From the sequence record MN159079.1: 64,000 nt of DNA. One strand, written 5' to 3'. Below, piece by piece: positions 46,478-54,895 of the stretch. The position numbers and the translations under genes are program-made. Within the stretch, counting starts at the first letter, position 1, and each line of letters opens with the position of its first letter. The notes under the pieces were generated by a model that was not told where the DNA came from, made no database searches, and saw only the letters and a program-made list of their open reading frames with translations.

Positions 46478-47488
46478 ATGTTACCCATTATTGTTGGTGG
46501 TATCGCTCTGGCTGCAATCTTCGGTGGTAAGAAAGCATATACCGGACACAGGAAGAATGAAAGTGCTGAGGAATTGTTCACACTATCAGAGACTTGCCGA
46601 GTAGAGAGTGAAGAGAGTATTAAGCGCTCATCTGAATCACTGGATGAACTCATCAACAACTATACGTTGTTCTGTTCTGAATTTGGGAAGGAGATTAATT
46701 CCTTTACTATATTGGCTAAAGAAGTAACCGGCGTTCCTGTCACTGAGCTTAACCTGAACATTAAGTATGATGACCTGGTTATTGCAACCAACTACGGTGA
46801 AGTTGCTAAGGGTATCGCGACAACAATTTCAGGTGGTGTGCTCACTGGCGCACTGATGGGGTTCGGTGGTTGGGGGAGTATGTTGTCTCTAGGTGTCGCT
46901 AGTACAGGCACACCCATTTCCGCGTTAGCTGGTGCGTCAGCTACCAACGCAGCCCTGGCTGCATTTGGTGGTGGTAGTCTGGCTACTGGCGGGTTGGGTA
47001 TCGCCGGCGGTGTAGCCAGTCTGTCTGGAATCACTGTTGTTCCCGCTCTGGCAGCAATGGGTTGGAAATATGACCGTGACGCCACCGCTAAATTAGATAG
47101 CGCACTTAATGTGGCCGAGGCCGCTTTAGAATTGCGCGAGAATGCCAAGAAGCTCGATACGTTCGTTACCGAATTAGAAGAGTACATCGGTTTGGTAATG
47201 ACTGCGTTAACCAGAATCCGCGAAATCTTTGGTGAATACCACGAAGCACTGCGTAATCTCGATATTCTTATAAAAGAACGTCGGGTAAACGAAATCGTGG
47301 AAGACGAAGAAAAGCGCATCATTTCGAACGCAATGAACCTGGGCCAGATCGCAGCCAAGATCATGACCACACCTCTGCTGGTCACTGAAACTGTAGACAA
47401 CGAGCTTGTCATCAAGAAGAATGATGACGATCTCCCTGAAATAAATTGTGATGGTTTCATGGCTATAATGGAAAATACCAATCCCTAA
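46478..47488 (+). CDS. Membrane protein with an ASTGT...GGGSLA.GG Gly/Ala hydrophobic hairpin flanked by coiled coils, 336 aa
   Basis: N-terminal hydrophobic segment, coiled coil, motif A141-STGTPISALAGASATNAALAAFGGGSLATGGLGIAGG, second coiled coil. I recall this motif from widespread uncharacterised bacterial proteins. Confidence 0.75.
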   Translation: MLPIIVGGIALAAIFGGKKAYTGHRKNESAEELFTLSETCRVESEESIKRSSESLDELINNYTLFCSEFGKEINSFTILAKEVTGVPVTELNLNIKYDDLVIATNYGEVAKGIATTISGGVLTGALMGFGGWGSMLSLGVASTGTPISALAGASATNAALAAFGGGSLATGGLGIAGGVASLSGITVVPALAAMGWKYDRDATAKLDSALNVAEAALELRENAKKLDTFVTELEEYIGLVMTALTRIREIFGEYHEALRNLDILIKERRVNEIVEDEEKRIISNAMNLGQIAAKIMTTPLLVTETVDNELVIKKNDDDLPEINCDGFMAIMENTNP

Positions 47489-47499
47489 TAGGAGCAAAT

Positions 47500-49074
47500 A
47501 TGCAAACTCAAACTTATGATTGGACTGGTGAGTTCAACAAAATGATGGTAAACAGTCTGATCACAACGTTTGGGTTAGACCCAATGTTGTTTGATGACAA
47601 ACGAGGTGGTAACGTCACCACTCTCCACAATGTTCGTTCTGAAGGTCTTGTGGCTGGAGAACATCATCGTGAACTGATAGCGAATAAGCCAGAGTATGAC
47701 GCGCACGCCGCTCATAACGTTAAGGAATTCCTTGACGCTAAAGCCGAACTCAAGGTATTGCGTAAAAGCGGGGTAGAGATCCAAGATGCTTACTCGGATC
47801 AAATCCTTAACAATTCCAGAACTGACCTGGATCACATCGTCTCTGCTAAGGCGATTGATGCAGATCCGGCAAGAATCATTTCTGGATTGAACGTGGGTGA
47901 ACTTGCCGCTATAGAGGAAAACCTCACTCCTACCTCTGCGAGCATTAACCGTTCTAAAGGTGCTGATTCCGCTGATGAGTTCGAGAAGCGTATTAAACGT
48001 GATCAGAAAGTCAGGGATAAGTTCAGAGCGAGTATCGCTGGGAGAACAGATCTCTCCAAGGAAGAACAGCAAACCCTTAATCTTTACGATCAACAAGAGA
48101 TGATCGATTTCGATAAGATGCGGGAGCTTGAAGCAAAGGCCAATAACGCTCGTCAACGTAAAGAGGACGATGCTTATTATGCGAGTGTTGACTTTGCCAA
48201 GCACACAATCAAGGACGCCGGTATCAGCGGTGTAAAGAACGGGACCAAGTTGGTACTCGGCACTTTGTTCACTGAACTCTGGTTTGAACTTAAAGCAGGT
48301 ATCCCCGAGATCTATAAGAAACATTCCGGACATTTCGTTCTCGTTAACTTTATGTCTGATGTTCGTGATCTCCTGGATAAATGCTGGGAACGGATCATGG
48401 TTAAGATAGCTGAGGTTCCGGCGTTGTTTATGAACGGCTTGTTCTCTGGTGTAATTACCAGTGTAACAACCACCGTAGTTAACAAGGCCACCACTACCGT
48501 TAAGCTCTTTGGTCGTTTCTTCAGAACGATCTTTGACGCCATTATCGCCAGTATCAAAATGATTGTCTTCCCGCCAGCAGGTATGAAGGTTAGCGAACGC
48601 GCACAAGGTGTTGTGAACATCCTGTCAGTAGCAATCGCTGGGTGCGTAGGGATCGCCGTTAATGGTGCTGTAAATGCCAGTTACACAGGTCCCTTCGCAG
48701 AAGAGGTCGGCCTCTTCCTGGGCATGCTGGCCACTGGTATTGTAACTATTACTTGTGGCTATTTCATTAACCATTCACCAACAGTTCAAAAGTTCTGGAA
48801 TTTCTTCAACCACTTCAAATCAACAGAGGTGCAAACTCTCGAACATACTAACATGCTTAATGAGAAGCTAAATAAGTTGTTCGAGGATATCGCTGAAGTT
48901 GAAATGGGGCTGGATGCAGAAGAACTTTCACAGTTTGTTTCATCCTTGCGTGGAAGCAGTACTGAATCTGATCGCACTCAAGTACTGAAAGTACAGATCG
49001 AGAAGATGGGTATTGACTCACCATTCATCCCAGGAGATATCGAATCCATCGATTCCTGGTTAGCAACACTTTAA
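47500..49074 (+). CDS. HNH-like nuclease motif + multi-TM C-terminal domain protein, 524 aa
   Basis: DLDH112IVS...EN141LTPTSASIN150RSKG is an H-N-N (beta-beta-alpha-metal) pattern. The C-terminal half has 3-4 hydrophobic helices. SD AGGAG, 11 bp after the upstream stop. Confidence 0.65.
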   Translation: MQTQTYDWTGEFNKMMVNSLITTFGLDPMLFDDKRGGNVTTLHNVRSEGLVAGEHHRELIANKPEYDAHAAHNVKEFLDAKAELKVLRKSGVEIQDAYSDQILNNSRTDLDHIVSAKAIDADPARIISGLNVGELAAIEENLTPTSASINRSKGADSADEFEKRIKRDQKVRDKFRASIAGRTDLSKEEQQTLNLYDQQEMIDFDKMRELEAKANNARQRKEDDAYYASVDFAKHTIKDAGISGVKNGTKLVLGTLFTELWFELKAGIPEIYKKHSGHFVLVNFMSDVRDLLDKCWERIMVKIAEVPALFMNGLFSGVITSVTTTVVNKATTTVKLFGRFFRTIFDAIIASIKMIVFPPAGMKVSERAQGVVNILSVAIAGCVGIAVNGAVNASYTGPFAEEVGLFLGMLATGIVTITCGYFINHSPTVQKFWNFFNHFKSTEVQTLEHTNMLNEKLNKLFEDIAEVEMGLDAEELSQFVSSLRGSSTESDRTQVLKVQIEKMGIDSPFIPGDIESIDSWLATL

Positions 49075-49093
49075 ACCAATTGAGGTAACTACC

Positions 49094-49552
49094 ATGAAAA
49101 AGATTATTATCGCTAGCGCTTTTGTATTTGGTTCATTTGCAGTTCAAGCCGCTGACGTAGCCGTGTTGGGTGGTGGGATGTCCTATCACTTCAAACATGA
49201 AGGTCAGAACCAGGTACATCCCAGCATCGGGGTACAGATCGATAACTTCTCCGTTCTGTACACCACCAAGAATTCCATTGAACTCCCGTCCCTCCAGGTA
49301 GCTTATGGCGACAACTTCTTTGAATCCAAAGTTGTTGACTTCGGATATCGGGTTGGGCTTGCCACTGGGTATCGTAAAGGACACAAGTACAGTAACGGTG
49401 AATACTACTACGATGGGCACGAAATCGGAAACACTGGACTTCTCCCTCTGGTGACCATCACCACCACCATCCACACCCCAATCCCCAAACTTGACTTGGT
49501 CGCTGATACAGCACCTAACGTAGTAATGTTTGGTTTTAAATACAACCTGTAA
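49094..49552 (+). CDS. Small outer-membrane beta-barrel, PagP-like family, 152 aa
   Basis: Sec signal MKKIIIASAFVFGSFAVQA; SYH32F, N60S61, GLATGY and LP motifs, amphipathic strands and a C-terminal FGFKYNL beta-signal-like end. Confidence 0.65.
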   Translation: MKKIIIASAFVFGSFAVQAADVAVLGGGMSYHFKHEGQNQVHPSIGVQIDNFSVLYTTKNSIELPSLQVAYGDNFFESKVVDFGYRVGLATGYRKGHKYSNGEYYYDGHEIGNTGLLPLVTITTTIHTPIPKLDLVADTAPNVVMFGFKYNL

Positions 49553-49562
49553 GGAGTTAACT

Positions 49563-49793
49563 ATGTCTATTCTGGAAATGATCGCACTGGCTTGCAGCCT
49601 GTTTGTCATCGCTGTGTCGTTCATCGCGATATACCATATCAACAGAATGAAGAACCTCTGCTACAACGATTACGTTGTTCGTGGCGAGATCTGGAGGGTC
49701 AGACTGGTGGCTTGGTCCATCAATGCGTTCCTTCTGATCAGTGTTCTCAGACTGGTCATGTCGATTTGGATCTATTTCAGCAAAATGTTCTGA
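49563..49793 (+). CDS. Small two-TM membrane protein, 76 aa
   Basis: SD AAGGAG before ATG 49563; two hydrophobic helices. Confidence 0.65.
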   Translation: MSILEMIALACSLFVIAVSFIAIYHINRMKNLCYNDYVVRGEIWRVRLVAWSINAFLLISVLRLVMSIWIYFSKMF

Positions 49794-49869
49794 TCTATAT
49801 TTTCTTACCTAGACATCATTGTTATGTCAATGAGTAGAAGTATCCATCCATAAACAAAGGAATAATACC

Positions 49870-50691
49870 ATGAAAACTCTGCCTAATGAATTCCTGAAAG
49901 TAAACCCGATCGCAAGCCAAGTCATCCCGCTCTACTTTGAAGATGCGTGGAACATGAACTCCCAGGGTTCTTGGAAGATCAATGGACGTCATGACGATGT
50001 CGGTTACGACGTCGAGATCGTTCACGCCCTGGGCTCTGTAATCGTCCGTGGGACGTTTGGACACAATGTTGGTGTCATCACCATGCCCCGGAACAACATG
50101 GCTAAAATGGCCATTGGAGAGACTATGGTGCAGGCAGTTGTCAATCTCGACAACTCACGTCTCTGTACCGAAGCCAACCCCCAGTCCAAAGATAAGATCC
50201 TGGCTCTGTTCGACGCCGCGTTCTCCCGGGCCAAGCGCGAGGTCAACTACTTCAAAGCAAGTAACGCCGGCTACAAGGGTGCTGATCTGATGCGTCAAGC
50301 CGAGTTCATCGGCTTGGGTGCGATTCTGACCCGACTGATTGCGAACCGGAAGATCTCCATGGGTGACTTCGAAGTACTCACCATGAGTGGTTGGGAGATT
50401 GATTTCGATCGCATGACCGAAATCAACGAAGGCAAAGTTGGTCTCTTCGATGCCCCGGCTATCATCCTTCGTTCGACCGCGAAGGTGGATATCCACGTCA
50501 CTCTCAAGGCGACAGGTACTATTATAGTCTCCTTGATAGAACAGGCTGAAGGTGAGGTCATTCACCGGACAACTCTCCCCATGGGAGTATGTGATCAGAT
50601 CACCGGTACTCATTCCTCGTTGAATGAGAACTGCACCAGCATGTTCGTGGAACTCTCCAAGTATATTTTAGGGGGTAAGAACAGGAGTTAA
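49870..50691 (+). CDS. Hypothetical protein, 273 aa
   Basis: SD AAGGA. Confidence 0.65.
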   Translation: MKTLPNEFLKVNPIASQVIPLYFEDAWNMNSQGSWKINGRHDDVGYDVEIVHALGSVIVRGTFGHNVGVITMPRNNMAKMAIGETMVQAVVNLDNSRLCTEANPQSKDKILALFDAAFSRAKREVNYFKASNAGYKGADLMRQAEFIGLGAILTRLIANRKISMGDFEVLTMSGWEIDFDRMTEINEGKVGLFDAPAIILRSTAKVDIHVTLKATGTIIVSLIEQAEGEVIHRTTLPMGVCDQITGTHSSLNENCTSMFVELSKYILGGKNRS

Positions 50692-50693
50692 CC

Positions 50694-51062
50694 GTGAAAC
50701 CCATCAGGATCAATCCGAGAGCTCAAGCGATTAACGTGGACTACCTGCCCACGCCAAAGCAATTGGAAGAATGGCACGATGAAGATGCGGTCATTAATCA
50801 TCTAGCCAAGAAAGTATTAACAAAGTGGTATCAAGTACCTGCCAATAAGGTAGAGAAAGATAAAGCATTGTTATTCCTTCCGCAGGGTAAGTTGTACGAC
50901 ACACTTATTCCGAAGATGGGAATCAACAAGAGGGATGCGTTTAACCATATGGTGATCGTCCATGGGATGACAGAACCTGGTTCTCTGCAACTTCACTTGA
51001 TGATGTACTTTCTTTGTAAGTGGTTCACCAAGAGTTCTCTAAGAACTTATTCTGAAGCCTAA
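50694..51062 (+). CDS. Hypothetical protein, 122 aa
   Basis: GTG start, SD AGGAG. Confidence 0.6.
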   Translation: MKPIRINPRAQAINVDYLPTPKQLEEWHDEDAVINHLAKKVLTKWYQVPANKVEKDKALLFLPQGKLYDTLIPKMGINKRDAFNHMVIVHGMTEPGSLQLHLMMYFLCKWFTKSSLRTYSEA

Positions 51063-51063
51063 T

Positions 51064-51097
51064 AACTCTCTGTCACCCAATGGGTGACAGAGAGTTT
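51064..51097. terminator. Bidirectional intrinsic terminator
   Basis: AACTCTCTGTCACCC-AAT-GGGTGACAGAGAGTT between convergent genes. Confidence 0.85.
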
Positions 51098-51098
51098 A

Positions 51099-51380
51099 CT
51101 ATTTATTATTTCTTTTGGTCATCGGAATGACAACAGGGCGTTTATAGTTGTCATCACTACGATAGATCTGGAGATAAATTAATTCATCATCCCCAGTGGG
51201 TTCAGCGGCGACCCTAAAGGGGTAAAAGGTCAAACTGTCTTTGCCTTGGGTAAGGTTAGTGTAATAACCATCTATTGTCCCAGCCAGGTATGTCTTAGCT
51301 AAACCAGTGGAAATGTCCGTATATGGGATGGGACGTTCCTTTCTATTTATGTGTAGCCCGAAATTAGGCATGGGATTCAA
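51099..51380 (-). CDS. Hypothetical protein, 93 aa
   Basis: The only ORF filling the gap; ends at the bidirectional terminator. Confidence 0.55.
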   Translation of the reverse strand: MNPMPNFGLHINRKERPIPYTDISTGLAKTYLAGTIDGYYTNLTQGKDSLTFYPFRVAAEPTGDDELIYLQIYRSDDNYKRPVVIPMTKRNNK

Positions 51381-51405
51381 CGTTAAAAATTAATATGGAA
51401 ATGAA

Positions 51406-51429
51406 TTCAGACATATATAATTACAGTGT
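51406..51429 (+). promoter_or_regulatory. Promoter-like motif copy 5
   Basis: TTCAGACATATATAATTACAGTGT aligns position-for-position with copies 1-4. Confidence 0.65.
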
Positions 51430-51505
51430 AAGCACATAAGGTGTTTATTCACTGATTAATTAATTATGTGGTCGCTAATGACCAACCTTTAACAGAGGAA
51501 TAAAT

Positions 51506-54500
51506 ATGAAACTGTCTAACATCGCAATGATTATCGGGGCCGCTTTCGCCTCAGTGTCCTTCACCGCTTCGGCGGTAAAAGACCCGAACAAATACGGTCA
51601 AGATAACCACTACATCATGCTGGACATTATGCAAGTGGAAAGCGAGGTTAACTCCCTCGAATGGAAAATGGACAACCAAAAGGTTGACCTGTCCAATCTG
51701 ACTGGTCGTGTCGATACCAATGAAGCGGATATCGCTGAACTCAAGCAAACCGCTGATCAGGTTGATGGTGTGATCAATTATGTCACCAACAACCGTGAAG
51801 AGATCCAGGCCAAGTTCCAAAAGGAAGTTAACAACAGTGTGAATAACTACGTTGTTAACAACCAGGCTGGTTTCGATGCTCACATTCAGAAGGTTGTAGA
51901 AGGAACCATGGCCGACAACCCCGCTGTCGATCTGGATCCGATCAATCAACAACTCGCTCAGAACTCCAAGGACATCGAACGTCAGGAAAAACTCATCCGT
52001 GATGAGAAATCCAAGATGGATGGCGTATCCACCATCATGTTCGGTGGTAAAGCCACCACCAATGAAAACGGTACGTTCGTTGGATTCCAGCGTGAAGAAA
52101 GTGGCCAGCTGGTAGTCGGTCCTAACGGTGAACTCTACGGTTACAAAGAGAACGCTGGTCTGTACGGTCGCTACCGTCTCTTCGAAGACGCCACTAATGC
52201 AGAGTTGGGTCGCCTGGATAAGGTGAAAGCCAATAAGGACGATCTCATCGCTCTGGATAGCCGGGTTGAAGTTGTTGAAGGTGATGTTGCTGTGATCAAT
52301 GGCAAGATCGAAAAGGTTGAACGTGTTGGAGGTAAAATTGCTGCCAATGTTGACGTTATCGTTGACAAGGGTAACAGTGTTATCGAAGGTGCTAAGACCA
52401 GCATCAACAACAGCATCGACAACAAGATCGAAATCGCCAAGGGTGAAGTTAATACCCAGATCGACAACTCCATCACTAACATTGTGAACGGTGGTAACAC
52501 CGAGATCAATGCCAAGTGGGAAGGTGCCAAGGCCACCGCTAACGATTTCGACGAGCGGATCACCGCTAACAAGAATCGTATCGATGACCAAGCCGGTCGT
52601 ATTGGTAAGGTTGAAGATCTCAGTGCTCAGAACGCCAAAGATGTCAAAGCAGCTAACAAAGAACTTGTCCGTCTGGACAATGTCAAAGCTGACAAGACTG
52701 ACCTGGACGCTCTGGGTGGTCGTGTTGACGTAATCGAAGGTGACGTAGCCACCATCAATGGTAAGATCGAGAAGGTTGAAGGTAACAAAGACCTGATCAT
52801 CTCCAAGGTTGGCGATGCGTACACCAATGTACGTACCGACATCACCAACGAGATCAACAGCACTGTAACCGGTGCAATTGATGTTGCGATTGACAATGCC
52901 AAAACCACTGTGAACAACAAGTGGGAAGAAAACAAAGGTGATATCGTTGCCAATGTTAACGGCAAAGTCGAGAACATCCAAAATGACATCACCAACAACG
53001 TGATGAACCAAATTGGTGACATCGTAATTGATGGTAACAGCGAAACCGTTATCAACATCAAGAACGACATTACCAAGGATGTAACCAACCAACTCAAACT
53101 CGATGGCAAGGGCGTTGCTCTGAACATCAAGAAAGAGATTCAGGAAGGTAACAACGACATCTACAACAACATCTCCGGTAAGATCGAAGGTAAGTTCGAT
53201 GATCAGTACGCTACCCTGGTAGCTATGGGTCAGGCTGAATCCGATCGTCTGGAAGCTAAGAAGGCTGACAAAGCAGATCTCGATGCCGCTGTACAAGCTG
53301 GTAAAGATGAAGCTGCCAACATCAATGCTTCTATTGGTGCAATGGGTGACCGTGTAACCAATGTTGAAGGTGACGTGTCCAACATCAAGCAGGATGTAAC
53401 TAACATCCAAGGTGATATCACCACTATCCAAGGTGACGTTGCTAACATCAACGGCAAAATCTCTTACGTCGAAAACAACAGCCAGGAAATCATCAACAAG
53501 GCTGGTGCTGCTGTAGACGCCAAGATCGATGTTGCTTACGAAGGTGCCAAGACCGAAGTGACCAATCTGTACGACAATGCTCGTACCGAAATCACTAACG
53601 AAATTGACAACGCCGTAAACGTTGCTGTGGAAGGTGCTCGTACTGAAGTTAACAACAAGTACGAAACCATCAAGAACGAAGTCGTTAACGGTGATAACAA
53701 CACCTACAATTCCATCAAGGCTGACATCAGCAAAGATGTGAAGAACGAAATCGTCAACAACATCACTGAAGGTAACAATACCGTTGTAAACGAAATCAAA
53801 GATGGTCTGGTTGAAGAAATCCGCGAAGAAGGTAAAACTGTCGTAGTGGATCTCCAAGACCAAATCGATGCGGCTAACGCACGTATCGATGTACAGACCG
53901 GTCGTGGTGAGCAGGCTTGGGCTTCCTATCAAGAAGACCGTGCGTATGCCACCCAGCAGTATACCCAGGATCGTCAAGTTGCCGTAACCACTTACAACAA
54001 CGCCCGCGTTGAAGCTGAAAGTGCTTATGTTACTATGGATGATAAGAAAGCCGACAAGTCCGATCTGGATGTATTGAATGACAAAATCGATGGTGTCGCT
54101 GCCAACGGTAAAACCGACGAAGAAATCAAGGCTATCGCAGACCAAGCTGCTGCTGACGCTGTAAACAATGCCAAGAAAGAAGTCGTCGTGGCTGTTAAAG
54201 ACAAAGCTCCTGTAGTTAACGAAGCTGTAACCGCTGCTAAGACCGAAGCTAAGAAGCAGGTACAAGCTAGCATTGATGCGTCCATCTCCAAAGCGAAAGC
54301 CGCCGCTAAAGACCAAGCTGGTCAGGCTGTTGCTGCTGCTAAAGAGAAAGCACGTGCTGAGCTGGCCGCTGCCATGCCTGAGCTGAAAGGTAAAGCAGAA
54401 GTTGTTCGTACCGAAGCTGTTGAAACCCGCAAGCGTGCTGACCTGGCCCTGAAAGCCACCCAGGACAACCACACTGCAATTCAACAAGAGCGTGCTGATC

Positions 54501-54823
54501 GTATCCAAGGTCAGCGTGAGACTCTGCAATCTGCCAACAACTACACTGATCAGAAAGTTGAACAACTGCGTGGTGAAGTCGAGCATAACCGTCGTAAGGC
54601 TGCCGCTGGTATCGCTGGCGTGGCTGCAATGACCAACATCCCGACTATCTCCCAAGGTAAGAACTTCGCGATTGGTGCTGGTATGGGTTACTACGATGGC
54701 GAGCAATCCCTGGCTATCGGTTCCCAAGGTCGTTTCAACGAGAACCTCACTGGTAAAGCAACTATCTCCACCGACTTCCACGGCAACACTGTAATTGGTG
54801 CTGGCGTAGGTTTCGAGTGGTAA
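51506..54823 (+). CDS. Trimeric autotransporter adhesin (YadA/Eib-like), 1105 aa
   Basis: Sec signal (…SFTASA), Asn/Ile-rich coiled-coil stalk with internal repeats (LD.VKA.K.DL.AL..RV.V.EGDV..INGKIEKVE twice, more degenerate copies later), ANNYTDQK, and a YadA anchor AAAGIAGVAAM...GAGMGYYDGEQSLAIG...GAGVGFEW. Confidence 0.92.
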   Translation: MKLSNIAMIIGAAFASVSFTASAVKDPNKYGQDNHYIMLDIMQVESEVNSLEWKMDNQKVDLSNLTGRVDTNEADIAELKQTADQVDGVINYVTNNREEIQAKFQKEVNNSVNNYVVNNQAGFDAHIQKVVEGTMADNPAVDLDPINQQLAQNSKDIERQEKLIRDEKSKMDGVSTIMFGGKATTNENGTFVGFQREESGQLVVGPNGELYGYKENAGLYGRYRLFEDATNAELGRLDKVKANKDDLIALDSRVEVVEGDVAVINGKIEKVERVGGKIAANVDVIVDKGNSVIEGAKTSINNSIDNKIEIAKGEVNTQIDNSITNIVNGGNTEINAKWEGAKATANDFDERITANKNRIDDQAGRIGKVEDLSAQNAKDVKAANKELVRLDNVKADKTDLDALGGRVDVIEGDVATINGKIEKVEGNKDLIISKVGDAYTNVRTDITNEINSTVTGAIDVAIDNAKTTVNNKWEENKGDIVANVNGKVENIQNDITNNVMNQIGDIVIDGNSETVINIKNDITKDVTNQLKLDGKGVALNIKKEIQEGNNDIYNNISGKIEGKFDDQYATLVAMGQAESDRLEAKKADKADLDAAVQAGKDEAANINASIGAMGDRVTNVEGDVSNIKQDVTNIQGDITTIQGDVANINGKISYVENNSQEIINKAGAAVDAKIDVAYEGAKTEVTNLYDNARTEITNEIDNAVNVAVEGARTEVNNKYETIKNEVVNGDNNTYNSIKADISKDVKNEIVNNITEGNNTVVNEIKDGLVEEIREEGKTVVVDLQDQIDAANARIDVQTGRGEQAWASYQEDRAYATQQYTQDRQVAVTTYNNARVEAESAYVTMDDKKADKSDLDVLNDKIDGVAANGKTDEEIKAIADQAAADAVNNAKKEVVVAVKDKAPVVNEAVTAAKTEAKKQVQASIDASISKAKAAAKDQAGQAVAAAKEKARAELAAAMPELKGKAEVVRTEAVETRKRADLALKATQDNHTAIQQERADRIQGQRETLQSANNYTDQKVEQLRGEVEHNRRKAAAGIAGVAAMTNIPTISQGKNFAIGAGMGYYDGEQSLAIGSQGRFNENLTGKATISTDFHGNTVIGAGVGFEW

Positions 54824-54837
54824 CGTAATAAAGTGAT

Positions 54838-54876
54838 AAACTCCTACCTCCCTTAACGGGGAGGTAGGAGTTCTTT
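54838..54876. terminator. Bidirectional intrinsic terminator
   Basis: AACTCCTACCTCCC-TTAACG-GGGAGGTAGGAGTT, extended by AAGTGATA/TATCACTT arms. Confidence 0.85.
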
Positions 54877-54895
54877 ATATCACTTATTTTTTTTG

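Noticed and set aside
3220-48606. Other 200-340-aa antisense ORFs (e.g. 3220..4200, 4761..5357, 38451..39434, 46792..47481, 47575..48606)
   Set aside because: Each lies wholly opposite a better-supported gene with SD and motifs; no independent evidence of coding.
49808-49832. Possible sixth promoter motif (CTAGACATCATTGTTATGTCAATG) upstream of 49870
   Set aside because: Only AGACAT and the general position match; the ATATTAT core is absent. Too degenerate to call without a genome-wide PWM.
51551-54781. 1076-aa antisense ORF fully overlapping the YadA-like gene
   Set aside because: Shadow ORF in register with the sense codons. The strong RNY/C-ending codon bias of the adhesin removes antisense stops; no SD, and the composition (V/D/F/L-rich) mirrors the sense strand.
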